DNA of 64,000 nt from the human T2T-CHM13v2.0 reference genome, Homo sapiens, in NCBI RefSeq assembly GCF_009914755.1, contig NC_060925.1; one strand, 5' to 3'. Positions 29,747 to 45,000 of this stretch are shown piece after piece (within the stretch, counting starts at the first letter, position 1; each line of letters starts with the position of its first letter). The notes beneath the pieces were generated by a model, which was given only the letters and a program-made list of their open reading frames with translations, made no database searches and was not told where the DNA came from. The position numbers and the translations under genes were made by a program.

Positions 29747-30907
29747 AGCCGTTGGTGTTAGGATAAATGATTTGGCTTTTGAATGACAAATACAATCGAA
29801 CTGACTGAAGTCCAAAGGAAATTTGTTAGCTTTTCTAAGTGGGATGTGTAGGGATACAATAGATTAGACCTAACTCCAACACACAGCCTGGAGTAAAGCC
29901 CAGGCAAACTGCAATATGAAGCAGAACTGCCCTTAAATAACCTAGAAATTTGGGAGAAAAAAAATATCTTGTTTAAAGTACCAAGAATTTAAGGTTGTTA
30001 TGTCACATTACTGCAGCAGAAAATTAAATATTAAACACTTTTATACTACTTATGAGTTACATTCAACTCATTTTCAATTACATGTACAAAAAATGCTTGG
30101 GGAAATAGTAACACAATTTCCACATGTGATTAGATTATTTCACTATACTCTTTTAAAAATTTTAATTTTTTAACCTTTCAAAAATATTTCCCATATAAAT
30201 TATTAAGGTAAAATATATAAAAATATCACATTTTAAAGTTTATTTTCTATACTTGAATTTAAAAGCAAAATTTTATGGCTGTATAAATGTTATCAAGTCA
30301 CCTAGGACAGGGAGGAAAAAGGTGGAACAGGCACTGATCTCACCTCAATCCGTTGAAACTTAAGACAGAAATCCTCACTGAGAGTTTTTGTACATTGGGT
30401 TCCACATAACATTTCAATTTTCCATGGGGCAAGAAGGTGAGATTATTTTTCTAAGTTAAAAAGCAGGTTTGTAACCTTCTTTACTACATAGTCATCTTAC
30501 ACAAAACATTTTAAAAACTCTTCTTACTACTAAAAGTAATTTGTTTGTGTATCTCTTAATTAAATCTAAATATAGTTTAAAAAGAATAATTATGCTAAAT
30601 TAGACATCATAGAGGAAATATCTCTTTTCCTCATAGCCTAGATAATCACAGTATGAAAAAATGCTTTTTCCTATAACTCCTATAATCATATCATTTCCAG
30701 AATATGGCCTGTGTTAAAAATTGTCAGTGCAATGTTGATAACAAATTGCATATTTAAATCCACTAAAGAAAGAGAGATCTATATCTCCTGCCATCTTTGA
30801 AAGTTTACATTTATTTTTTTTCTTTCCAAAGCTATGATTATTCCAACACACTATGATAATGTAAAAATGATCAATGTAAAATATTTCGGTTCACTGGGAA
30901 GGATACA

Positions 30908-31969
30908 CTTTTTTAAATTTTTAATTGTTGTTGGTACCTAGGAGGTGTATATACTTATAGGGCATATGTCATATTTTGATACAGGCAGATAATGTGTAGT
31001 AATAGCATCAGGGTAAATGGGTTATCCATCACCACGAGCATTTACCTTTATGTTACAAACAATCTAATTATATTCTTTTAGTTATTTTAAATTGTACAAT
31101 TAAGTTGTTATTGACGATAGTCACCCTGTTGTGCTGTCAAATATTAGGTCTTATTCATTCTTCTGTTTTTTGTACTTATTGAACATTCACACTTGCTTCC
31201 CATCCACCCTTCTCAGCCTCTAGTAACCATCTTTCTACTCTCTATGACCGTGAGTTCCATTGTTTGGAATTGCTGCTCCCACAAATAAGTGAGAACATGT
31301 GATGTTTGTCTTTCTGGGCCGGTTTATTTTACGTCACATAATAATGTACAGTTCAGTTCCATCTATGTTGTTGCAAATGACAGGATCTCATTTTTCCATG
31401 GCTGAATAGTACTCTATTGTATATATGTACCACATCTTCTTTATCCATTCATATGTTGATGGACATTTAGGTAGTTTCCAAGTCTTAGCTATTGTGAACA
31501 GGGCTGGAATAAACATGGGAGTGCAGTTATCATTTCAATATACTGATTTTCTTACTTTTGGGTATATACCTAGCTGTGGGATTCCTGGATCACATCATAG
31601 CTCTATTTTTAGTTTTTTGATGAACCTCCAAATTGTTTTCCATAGCAGCTGTACTAATTTACATAACCACAAAAAGTGTATGATGGTTCCCTTTTCTCCA
31701 CCTCCTCACCAGCATTTGTTATTGTCTGTTTTTTAAATAAAAGCCATTTTAACTGGGGTGAGATAATATCTCATTGTAGTTTTTATTTGTATTTCTCTGA
31801 TCAATGATGTTGAGCACATTTTCATATGCTTGTTTACCATATGTCTGTCTGCTTTTGAGAAATGTCTATTCAAATCTTTTGCTCACTTTTTGATGCAATT
31901 ATTAGATTTTTTTTCCCTCTAGAGTTGTTTGAGCTCCGTAGATATTCTGGTTATTAATCCCTTGTCAGA
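30908..31969 (-). mobile_element. L1 3' end (antisense), cut off by a MER4-type LTR
   Basis: AAATAAGTGAGAACATG, TTTATCCATTCAT, TTTGAGAAATGTCTATTCA, ATTAATCCCTTGTCAGATG. Confidence 0.85.
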
Positions 31970-34900
31970 TGTGTGAAAGGAAAATATACTGGGCCCCTGA
32001 AATCACTGGGGAAAATGCAAGCGGGAAACTACTTAGAACAAACCTTCCTCCCATTCTACTCAAAGTCACCCCTCTGCTCACTGAGATGGATACATATCTG
32101 ATTTTATTCCTTTGGAAAGGTAATCAGACACACAAAATACCAGGGGATTTCAAGATTTCAGTCTAAACCTTCACCTAGTAAGTGCTTCTTGTCCCGCAAT
32201 AGCAGTCATTCATGGCACTCTATGAGAAGATATTTCACCCCAAGTGAATACCCTCATCCCTCTCCATTTCAGTTGCTTTTCCTTCATGTAAAAGCTCAGC
32301 ACTGCTGAATGAATTTGAACAGTTTATTAATGAGACAAGTTAATTTTCTACTGCTGGGAGGCATATACAGTGACAGCCTGTTAAACCCCAAACCTCTCTT
32401 TCTAACTTCTTCCTGGAAAAAATTTAGAGTCACAGATTTTACATAACTTTTCAGACCCTACAGCACCACTTCATGAGATAGGCTATTTTTCTCCGTAAAA
32501 ATTCTTGGTGGCCGTTCGCCAAAAAATTCTAATGCCCAGATTTCTTCCTCTTTTGTGTTCCTCTAACAGCAAGCAGACCCTATGCCCCATTTCTAAGGAA
32601 AAAAACTCCGCATTCAACAGTTGGGAGGAAGCCACCCTTGAGAGACAAATTCTAGCCTTAGTGCTGTTTCCATCAGAAGGAGGACAGCCATTAAATCTAT
32701 ATGTTCTTTTGAGACACCTGTTCTGCTTCCAACCACATTGGCATTTAAACAGAAAGGGGATTTTATATTTAAATGTCAATGGATAAAATTTTCTGGGAAT
32801 GCACTGCTTTTCCAGGTCCATAACTAGAGGAGGCAGGAATAGGGTTAAAACACTCCCTCTATTAAAGTGTCTCACCCAACTTTATCTACTGTAGAATCTC
32901 CTGGGAGGCCTAGGAACCCAGAAGAGCAGTGTGAGGAGGCATTGTGCTGGTAAAAATGACTACTCCTGCCAGCTAGCACCTCCACATCCATGGGTGCAAT
33001 TCATGCTTTCATCCATGGACAGCACCTATGATGGTTACCGGGACCCAAAGGAGATGGGAGGAAAGAGGAGAACAGGGACACCCCTGTAATCTTTTGCTTC
33101 ATCCTGGGTCACTTCAAAAGGAGAAAGGAGACTAAGGGACACCTTATATTCCCCCCGTTTTCTGCATGGGTAACAACCCATCTTGGAACGGGTTGGAATA
33201 CGTTGGAATGGAATCCAGGCCTGGGACTCCATAAGCTCACTATTCAAGTCACCCACATAAACTGGTAAGTAACAAACTTTGCTGCATGCCTCTATCTTGT
33301 TTTATGTCTTGAGCATAACCTGTAACCTTGTGGCAGGACTTTTTTAGCCATTGCCATTTTACAATGGTGGCCCAGGTTCAATCCTAGCTTGGGTGATGAA
33401 TACTTTCAATTTAATAGCTGTATGACCTTTAATCATCTCTTCCTCCTCCATGAACAACTCTAATTTCCTTTCTGAAATCTTCCTTTCTCTAAATTGCCTT
33501 TAAAGTTTCTAGATCTAGTAAAAGCTGCTTACCACCACTTATAAAATATCTTGAATACTCACAGTTAACTTATAACCTGATTGAGAGTTGTTGTTTTCAC
33601 CTGTGATGTTACTTTTAGTAAAGTTCAAAAGCCAGAAATATTACCTGCTTGATTTAGCTAAAGTCAGGTAACAGAAGATTTCAAAGGAATTTCTGAAAGA
33701 GTGCTCAGCTTGATTAAAAGTGGATATTCAAGTTATAGGTATATTTAAAAGGCCCGTATGTTTTTCTCTTCTTGGATTGTGTTTTTCTTGAAAAGAATTT
33801 TTCTGTTGGCTGAATTACTGTCCTCCGCTCTGTCTTTCCACTCTTGATGCACCCAAGGTAATGTCTGGTGGCCTGAAACTTTTTGGGAAAAACAGAAAAG
33901 GCACAGTGGATTCCATTTTGGGAGAAACCTCTGTTTTCCTGATGGAATCCCAGAATTTAGAGGCTGATAGATCCCACTCAAAATCTGCTTTTGTCTTACA
34001 GCTATACAAGTTGATTAGGCCCTAGAAACTTCATGGTTTTTCTATCCCTGCTCTTAAAGGGCTCTACTGGGAAGCCAATAATTCAATTAGGAAGTGGGAC
34101 AGGAAGAAATCTTAGAACTACTGGATCTGCTTCTGTTTGTCTGTGTAATGATATATGTGTTGTGTGTGATGTCTGTAACGAGCTATAACTGATTGCCTGA
34201 AATAAAAATATGCACTTAAATCAAACATTTTAGAGGAAAGTTAAAACTGCAATGCCTTTTAGTTTATGTGACTTTCATCTCTAAGAAATAAAAATTGTTT
34301 TAAAGATCAAATTGGAAAATGCAAATATCATCAACACGTAAATAGGAGGTTTAAATCATATAAGTTAGATACCAGGTTTGCTAAATGTTTCAAGGTTGTA
34401 TACTGCCTACTTTACAACTTGATAAGGCCTGGGGACATATGAAATTAACCATGCCCCTAACTAGGATGGAAAAAGTCAGACTTTATCTGCATCTAGTACA
34501 TAATTGAAAAAACTTACCAGGTTTTACATTAAAGTTACCATTTTAACTAAAATGGCAAAGTTAAGATTTACCATTAAAACATGTAAATAAGACAACTAAA
34601 AATAAATTTACATGCAAAGTGTGTAAAATGTGTGTAAAAACAGTAAAATGTGTTTGTCATAAAAGATTATAAAAAGGCATAAAAATGTAAACGTTGCCTA
34701 TGGAAAAAGGAATGTTTTGAAACCAATGTAAGGGTAAAATTTGGTTTTCTTTCCCTTGTACAGATTTTTCATGTAATAGAGAAGAATAATGAAATATTTG
34801 GTTTGCCTTGTTGGTAGACTGCCAAGGAGAGAAAAGAGTAGACAGGAGACAGACTGTTTGGAAAGCTAAGTCTTCCCTCTTAATGAGTAAAGGTTGTTGC

Positions 34901-34997
34901 CTAGTTTTAAAATTTCTGAGACATCCTTTTGCCAAAATAAATAACTTCTGTGTAACCTGGAATTGTGTTTCACACTATCAACTTTTTTGAACCTCTA
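31970..34997 (+). mobile_element. MER4-group ERV1 remnant: partial LTR (~31970-32140) plus non-coding internal sequence
   Basis: Start TGTGAAAGGAAAAT...GGGCCCC...AATCACT and CTCCCATTCTA-TCAAAGTCACCCCTCTGCTCACTGAGAT match MER4A-like LTRs from memory. The following AT-rich internal region lacks gag/pol ORFs and there is no second LTR. Confidence 0.62.
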
Positions 34998-35095
34998 ATT
35001 ACTAATTAGAGCTTTTAGTAAAAATTAATGAAATATAAGTACTGCTGTACATGTAAGAAAAGAAACACACTTGGCTATTGTTTTGAGGACATGCA

Positions 35096-35101
35096 TTTAA
35101 T
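35096..35101 (-). terminator. ATTAAA polyadenylation signal of the amylase pseudogene
   Basis: ATTAAA lies 9 nt after the TAA stop on the minus strand, followed by a GT/T-rich downstream tract. Confidence 0.7.
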
Positions 35102-37137
35102 TTTAAATTTTACAATTTAGATTCAGCATGAATTGCAATAAATGGATCTTCAGCAGAGTTACTAATAGAAAAATGAGCTTTGCCATCATCAGAAACGTAA
35201 ATTTTAATGCCTGTGCAATTGCCATTAATTTTATCTCCAGAAATGACATCACAGTATGTGCCAGCAGGAAGACCAGTTTGCAAAGTTAAAGAAAATGACC
35301 TGTAAAATAAAATTTAAGGTTGATCTTCAATACAATGAAAATCAAGAATACAGACTAACACAAATAAACAGCATAACTTTATGTTGTAGAAACAAACCTA
35401 AGCAGTGAAGTCTTATTAAGAAGAAAACCCATATGCCTCTCTAGTAGGTGGAAATAGCTTTCTAGGACCAAAAGTAACCTTACAGAAAACCTAGCAATTT
35501 CCTGGTTAGTAGTGAAAATATTACCAAAACATCAAAGTTGAAGAATATCACTGAAGATTGGCAGGAACGGTCACACTTTGATAAAAGTTCTACCTTGGTA
35601 AAATCAAATTTGTTCTCAACTGAAATTAATACCAATTACTCTTAAAAATTTAAAGGGTATTATTTTTTAACCTCCTTCTTCTCCCATGAGATCAAAACGA
35701 ATTTGGGATGCACATAAAAATAATCTAGCATTTCTATGAAGAAGTGATAGTTTGAAATATAAAGCTTTTTCACAAAAACTTATTTTGGTATTTTCATCTA
35801 CAAAAGAAAGAAATTAAAAAACTAGACATGGGCTTTTTTGGCAGGAAAGAGATCAACTTGACTTGTATACTGATGTATTTATTTACTTTTCATCAGTGAA
35901 ATATAATTTATACTAGAGTGAGCTAAGTATGAGTGTCAGTTGGTCTTGGACAGGGACAATTCAACTGTTTACACCAAGGTCTTCTGAGCTATATCTTAGA
36001 CAATCATTTATGCTTCAGGTAAAGCATATAAGAATCACAGATGAAAGGCCAATAATGAGAAGTTTCAAAAATAAAACTCAAATCTCCTGAAGCAAAACAG
36101 TAACCACAAGATACATATTATTCATACATGTGCTTTAAAAATGTTATTTGTCACAAGGAGACAGAGAAGTGAAGAAAGTGTACCAAAAAACTACGTAGAG
36201 CAGTCATTGAGAAAAAGAGTTAGAAATAAAGATATTTTAGTACCTAGGCAGCATTTCTCCATGGTTAAAAAAGCAGGATTATAAGACACTTTTTTTTAAT
36301 GATTTCACAATCCTTATATTGATTGTGATTTTATATATTGATTTTGTGGCATGTGTAGGTGAGCATATGCATGTGCATCATATATATGCATATGATACTG
36401 CAAGGGTGCACAGAAAGGATTCTGCTTACAACAGAAAGCACTTATGAAAAAAAAAGAACGAAGGAGTAACAGCCATCATCCTTTTGCTTCTGCCCAATTT
36501 TGATCTCTATTGTCTTCTTGCTCCACTGACTACATGATTTTTCAGATATGATAAAAGTCAATGAACAGAGAAAAAAAAGAATAAACCAAGAACATACTGG
36601 TACAAAATATTATTTTTAATTGATATTTACTTACCAGTCATCATTGTTGAAAACAATGAATCCTCTGTTTCCTCTCCCAAAAGCCACTTGGTTGCTCCCA
36701 TTATCATACCAATTTGTAAAAGGCTGGCCATCCACTACATTGCGGAAAATAACCATGTTCCTAAAAACACAATACCATATAAAACGTTGATATTCTTAAA
36801 CTTCAACTGTTTTAAATAAAATGCAGTGGAAAGTTTACTATTAGAGGACATGTCTAAATACATATTCTCACCTTATTTGGCGCCATCGATGTTCACAGAC
36901 GCAGTCATTGCCACAAGTAGTGTCTGGATTAATAGTAACTTCTTTAATTACTCCATTATTATTTGGTGGCCCAACCCAATCATTAACATCCTTAAGTAGG
37001 GGGGAAAAAGCCAAATTTTACTATGCATGTATTTACCTCTTCCTTCTCCTTTACACCAAACCCAACCAATCCTGTTACTTGTGTCTCTGCATTCAGTGAC
37101 TTTATCTAGAATCCAATGCCTTCATTAATGTTTATAG

Positions 37138-37526
<389 letters not shown>

Positions 37527-37579
37527 GCAAGAGCTTCTTAACATCGTGGTAAGCCATGCAATGTCGTTGAAATGGGAAG

Positions 37580-37780
37580 GGCATTAGTACTAGAAACACC
37601 AGGATTAAAACATAGGCTCTATTACTAGTACCTGAGAAAATTTAATCAATACACATAATATCTCTGTGTCTCAGTTTCTTCATTTGTAAAATGGGAATAT
37701 TGGTTTTTTTGCTATAAAAATTAAGTAATATATGTGAAAATGCCTTGAATGTGACATGTGCTGAATAAATATTAGAATCA
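37580..37780 (+). mobile_element. MIR SINE
   Basis: Core TCTCAGTTTCTTCATTTGTAAAATGGGAAT. Confidence 0.72.
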
Positions 37781-39155
37781 TTCATGCTTCTTTTTAGATA
37801 AATGTACAAAACAATACATCTGAACATTATTTATAAATTGACCACATTTTTCATATTATGGTTTTCTGATTGGCACTTTAAAAAATCTTCATTAAAAAAT
37901 CCAGAGGAATCTTAGGAAGTTTTTCAGTGTTGACCTTAGAATCATGTCATATGGTGAAAAGTGAACAAAACTAAGAGTTTTTAGCATGCAGCAGTCCTGG
38001 CAAAGTGGAAATGTTATAGTAATAGAAAAAATAAAAATACTCTATGACTCCTAACATCAGAAATAAGACCAATTAGTAGAAATTAAAAGAAGTTGGCTCA
38101 ATATAAAAGTACACCTTCTAAATATTAAAGCTGTTTAACAATAGAATAAATTGCTATACAAAGTGCGGACTTCTCAAACTGAAAGGAATCTAAAAAAAGC
38201 TAGCTAGATATCCGTGTGACTCATAGGAAGGAGGAATTTCTGCTTTAGTTCTGAAGTCTCTGATGCTGTTTCTGAACCCTTTAGTTTAAAAGAAAACCTT
38301 CTACTAGCTTTCCAAATATCTTTACACTGTAATTTCTCTGTTCCTTTTTGAAACTTCTCATCAGATTAATGTCTTTACCATACTCCCAAATATTTTTCTC
38401 ATTCTTACCTTTCTTGGAATACTCTCTAAATTTCTATTCTTTAGTACATATCATTTCCTTCCTCTTATATGATACTTTCCCTATTTAACTCAGCTCAATT
38501 GATTCATTTCTTTCTATTCCATATAACTTTTTAAAAGTATTTAACAAACATTTATATTGTTCTCACTACGGGCAGATGATGTTTTAAGTTCTCTAAAAGT
38601 GTTGGCATGTATAATCTTCCTATCAGCCCTGAGGTAGGTACTTATTCGAAGTATATATTTTAATCCCTGTGTCTAGCTCTTAGTTTTGAGTGTTTTTCTG
38701 TTTTTTGTTTTTTGTTTCCCTGCGGGCTAAGGGGATGTTTGTCATATCTCTGAAACAGCTTGCATACTCTTTGTCAATGGAGAATATAAATTTTACTCCT
38801 TTAATATAACCTACATTACTAAAATCACAGCCCTGTATCCAGTTTACAATCAATTAAATATTTGTTGAATAAATATATAATTAATAGTTGTCATGTTAAG
38901 TTAGAATAAGATTGCTTCCTTTTTCTTCAGAAAAGGATATATTGAACAACTCCAAAACTTACGTTTCCATTTTGAAACTGTCTTGGCCAACGGTAGCTTG
39001 ACATTACTCGTGTAAATCCGTAAGGATGAGCAAGCATAAATCCAACTGCCATTTTGTACAGCCTGGAAGTTACATAATTATATTTTCATAGGATGTCAGA
39101 ATATTCTTGCCATCATTAAAAGACGTGTTAAAAAAATAGAGAACTTGGTTTTCTA

Positions 39156-39317
<162 letters not shown>

Positions 39318-41996
39318 TCACAACAGTTTGAGAGTAACTTAACTGTGCATCTCTCTCTGTAAGGCATGGCATCTGAAGATTAAATTCTTTCTCTAATTAA
39401 ATGCTTTTCCTGTAAGAGATATATATATATATACACACACAAACACACACACACATATATATACACACACATCAAACACACACACATGTGTAATCTACAT
39501 GTATGGTCCATATTTGTATATACATGTATGGAATACTTACATTCATATTACAAATATAAGATTTTTGTTATTAAAAAAGGTCCTTTCAGAGGTTTCAGCA
39601 CATTATCATTTAGAGGCACTCCAGAAGGATCAATATCCATATCACATTATACAGAATGTCAAACTAGATTAAAATAAGGCTTCAATACTGTATTGTTATA
39701 ATATAAATATTTTTTATATTTTTAATTCATATAATACATGTAAATTCTACAGGATGGAAACTTTGTACATACTTCATAAATGATAGGATCATTTTAATAA
39801 TAACCTGGCTTTAAAAGATTATATGCAAACATCAGTCAAATCCAGTATATTCATCTCGTACTTAGATGAAAACTCCTAGGGTATGTTTAGCGTTCCTAGG
39901 CATATTGCCTTGTGACAGACACTCTAAATACAAAAGATGATTGATTAGAGTTTAGGGCACTAGAATACTTATCATTCACAATTGACTCTTTGATAGTTGT
40001 CTGAATAAGAATGTTCCAGAAGATAAGTCACACTGAGGTAGTATGACTAATAGATCCATGAAATACTTCAGGGAAAAGTTGTATTTATTTACTTTAAGTA
40101 AGACATCTTCTCTCCATTCCACTTGCGAATAACTGTGCCGAGTTTTGCACCATACTTGAATTCTGTCACCCGGCCATTACCAAAGTAGTCACTGCTTTTA
40201 ATTGGCTCACCACCCAGATCAATTACCTAGTAGAAATTTAGGAAACAATAACATTTTGTGTAAAGACTTTAAAGCATTTTAACCAATAAGTTAATATTAT
40301 ATAAAAATAGCTTTATGCTATTTGTTATTTATTAATAAATTAAGCTATTTATTATTTCTTTTTGTCTTGTTTTGTTTTGTTTTTTAGAGACAGGGTCTTG
40401 CTATGTCGTCCAGGATGGTCCCAAACTCCTGGCCTCAAGCAATCCCCCTGCCGCAGCCTCCCAAAGTGCTGAGATTACATGCACGAGCCACCATGCCTGG
40501 TCCTGTTTGTTACACGAAATGTGCAAAATGGTTTTCTTATTCCTATTATCTCAACAGGTAATATTCTTATATTCTTTTATTTGATAAAGTATAGGCTACA
40601 ATATTGAAAGAAGCATAATGTCAAAGATACCTGTTGTCCTGTGAAAATACTTACCTAATTTTTAGTCTTCTACATCAATGATAATAATAAGAGCTCACAC
40701 TAATAAAACATTTAGTATCGACTGAAATTCCTTGATAAATATTAACTTGTTTCATTATCCAAAGAAAGTAAAGACATAACTATTATCAGTATCCTACATT
40801 CTGTGTACATCCATAAAACATGTTGTGATAAAGAATTAGATATGCTGTATGTGAAGAAGAGGAGGTTAAAGAACACTGTTTTGGTGGGAATGTAAATTGG
40901 TACAACCATTATGTTTTATGTAAATGTCTCATTCCTTATCCTACAGAAATTGCATTTTTAATTAAATCTTCCATTAATTTTCTAACGAATAAGATGATAT
41001 TTTATAGGCATATAAGTATTGATGTACCTCCTGGTAAATGAAAGGTTTACTTCCTGCAGGGAACCAGTTACTGTTTAGATTATGCAGTTTGTCCAAAATT
41101 GCCTTTATGTCTCCAGGCCACATGAGCTTGGAAGCATCAAGTCTGAACCCTGCAACACCAATGTCAATGAGATGGTTCATATATTCGGCAATCTTAGAAC
41201 GCACGTAATCCTTCTCCAGTGCAAGATCAAGAAGACCAGTCAGACGACAATCTCTGACCTGTTGAGGTAAAAATGTTATGATTGATTCATAAAACCTCAT
41301 TTTTCTCCTGAGAATCCATTGGATTATTCATTTATTCCATGATTCCTCAAGAGATATTCTATAGTGACTTCCTTGCATTGGGCACTGGGGATGCTCACAT
41401 TCTACTACAGATGTATCTTTGAAATATTTTGTAATAGAAAATAGAGAATTTAGGAAATAAAGTCGATGAGATTTTTAATTGGGAACTTCTTAGAAGTGGG
41501 CAAATGGAATACAGCATGGAGGGTCCTCAAATAATTAAAGACTTACCATATGATGCAGCAATTATACTTTTAGGTATAAATTTATATACCTGTGGGTGTG
41601 TTGGCTCACACCTGTAATTCCAGCACTTTGAGAAGCTGAGGCAGGCAGATTACATGAGGTCAGGAGTTCAAGACCAGAGTTGCCAACATGGCGAATCCCT
41701 GTCTCTACTAAAAACCATAAAAATTAGCCAGGTGTGGTGGTGGGCACCTGTAATCCCAGCTACTTGGGAGGCTGCGGCATGGAGAATTGTTTGAACCTGG
41801 GAAGCAGAGGTTCCAGTGAGCCGAGAACTTGATGCCATTTTATATAATTATCCTTTCACAGACAAAAGAAATCTAATCACTATCTTGAAGAGATATCTGC
41901 ATTCCTGTGTTCATTGCAGCATTATTCCCAAAACCCAAAATATGGAAACAACCTAAGTGTTGATAGATGAGTAGTATGTGAATTGTGATATCTATC

Positions 41997-42041
<45 letters not shown>

Positions 42042-45000
42042 CAATGGAATATCATTCAGTATTAAAAAGAATGAAATTTGGCCCTTTGTAACAAAATGAA
42101 TGACCCTAGAGGATATTATGCTAAGTGAAATAAGCCAGGCAGAGAAAGAAAAATACTACAGGTACAACCATGCAAACTTGCCATTATAAGATGAATAAGT
42201 TAGGGAGATCTAACGTACAACATGGTAACAATAGATAATAATAATGTATGCTTTAAGTTCATGGAGTGTAGATCTTAAGTATTATCCTTTCCCAACATGT
42301 GATAACTATGTGAAGACATGAATATGTTAATTAGCTTGATAGTGAAAATCATTTTAATATATACTTGATGGGCGCAGGGTGAGAGGAGAGTGAGGGTCAA
42401 AACACTACCTGCTGGGGACTATGCTCACTAGCTGGGTGATGAAATCATTTGTACACCAAACCCCAGCAACATGCAATTACCCACGTAACAAACCTGCACA
42501 TGTACCTCCTGAACCTAAAATAGAAGTTGAGAAAAGAAAAAGAAGATATCAGTTTCCTATAGGGAGCTCCAGGTTTGTTCCAAACAGTAGAGAGACAAAC
42601 CTATCAAGGATGAAATATATACAAGAGTAGGCACAACTTAAACAATGTGTGTAAGGCAATCAATTCTATATAACTCAGCAACTCCTAGGCTTCTTATCAA
42701 ATAAAATCACTGATGTGTCATAACTTCTAAACTAAAAACAACACAAATGCCCATTCACAGTAGAATGAATAAATAAATTACTTTTGCTTCCCACAGGGGA
42801 ATACGGCACAGCAATGAAACAATGATCTGCTGCTACACAAAATGTAGATGATTCTTACAAACTTCAACTGAGTGAAAGAAGTCAGACTCAAAAGAATACA
42901 GATAGCAACTTTCCATTTATATGAAATTGAGGAGCAGGGAAATCCATCGTGATAGAGTTCATGATAATGATGACCTTTGGTGAGTAACTGGTTGAGAAAG
43001 TGCAAGAGAGTGGTTGTGGGAGCTGGAAATACTCCATATCTTGCTTGATTTGAGTGATGATGGGGATATATACACTTATAAAAATTATAATGCTATATGC
43101 TTAAGATTTATGTATTTTACTATTTGTAAGATATATATTAGTTGAAAAAATGCTGCAGTGTAAAGGAAACCAGTAAAAATATGCTACCTAGAATTGTAGA
43201 TTTGTTTAACAAAAAAGCATTTGAGTAGTCTATTGATTATTAGTTAGCAAGTTTATATTAAGCATCATTGTCCTGAATACTTTTTAGTATGTACCAGTAA
43301 GTGTTTGCCTTTCTCAACTAGGGCTAATTAAAAAAAACTCAAAACCTCATGTTGTACACATTGAATATATATAATTTTAACTTGTGAATTATACCACCAT
43401 AAAACTAAAAATCTAATTAAAATGAGTTCGAATAAATTTTAGGGAAAATAGGATAATGAAAATTATGAGCTTAAGAATATGCATAGATAAAAAATAAACT
43501 GTTGATAGAAATTTTATTGTTATATTTCAGAAAATCATATAAAAAGCTGTGCTAAAAGTTTCCAGAGAGAGAGTACATAGTTCTCCTGCAGTGGATTAAA
43601 ATGAGATTAGCATTGGAGTACTAGTCTAAAACCACAGATAGAGTCTGGAGTCAGATCTCAGAAATACAATATATTTGATAAGTAATGAGAGACAAGTTAT
43701 TTAAATTTTTGGGACCTAAACATCCAGTCTGTAAGTTTGTTGAAAAAAATAAACAGGCTAAAGAGACCTTAATTTACAGGGAGGGCTAAATTATTACCTA
43801 TTATTGTAAAACATAATAGCAGTGACATTAAAAGCTTGAGTGCTGTAGAACAATATATTGAAAATCACTTTTTGAAGTTATATACATATTTATATTACTT
43901 TAATAATTTGCACAATGTAGGAAGAAAAGCTTGCTTTGCACAGGCAACATTTTGCCAAATAATCTCCAAATCATCATGAATTCTCAATTAGTCAGATTAA
44001 CAATAATAAAATTTTATTGTAGAGGAGGATTATTTTTTCATTAATATATTTGTACCTACACATAGTGTATATGTAATATTTTGTTACCTGCCTGGACTTT
44101 ACAATGATCAATTCAAAGTATCCGGGGTGTCCATAACCTCAAGTATTATTTCCATATGTTAAGAAAGTTTCAAGTCCTTTAGCTATTTTGGAAAATACAA
44201 TACATTGCTGTTTATATGTAGTCACCTTACTCTGCTATGAAATATTAGAACTTATGTCTTCCAAGTAACTGTATGTTTGGACCCATTAACAAACTTTTCT
44301 TTATTCCTCCCACCCACAGAAACTCTTTCCAGCCTCTGGTATCTATGTATTATTCTATTCTCTACCTCCATGAGATCAATATTTTTAGCTTTCACGTTCT
44401 ATTCTTAGAATAAGAACATGTGATGCTTGTCTTTCTGTGCCTGGCTTATTTCACCTAACACAATGACTTCCAGTTCCAACCGTCTTGCTGTAAATGATAA
44501 AATTTCATTCTTTTTTATGGACAAAAACTCTTCCACTGCTTGTATATATACCACGTTGCTTTTATTCATTCATCCATTGATGGACACAGGTTGATTTCAT
44601 ATCTTTGCTATTGTGAATAGTGCAATAAATATGAGAGTGTGGTTAACTCTTTGATATACTCATTTATTTTCCTTTGGATACATAGCTAGTAATAAATAGC
44701 TTGCACCTCTGGTCTCAGCTACTTGGGAGACTAAGGCAAGAGGATTACTTGAGCCCCCGAGGTTTAGATTGCAGTGAGCCGTGATCACACCACTGCGTTC
44801 CAGCCTGGGTGACAGAGTGAGACCCTCTCCCTCCTCAAAAAATCCTTAAGAAATATGTTGATGCCTGGTTCCCTTATTCAGAATTTTCATTTGATGTGTT
44901 GAGAGTGTAGCACAGAAGTTGGAATAAACCTCTCAAACTGATTTTGATGTGCAACCAAGGTCGGGAACCACCAAGGAAGAGTTTTTATGCATAAAGATTC

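Noticed and set aside
13736-29795. Short ORFs with Alu/L1-like translations (e.g. 13736-14051, 15366-15673, 25566-26011, 29264-29795)
   Set aside because: Spurious frames through Alu, L1 or poly(T) sequence.
32483-32875. 130-aa and 93-aa overlapping ORFs in the spacer
   Set aside because: They lie within an ERV internal remnant, show no recognisable motifs, and have no splice or promoter support.
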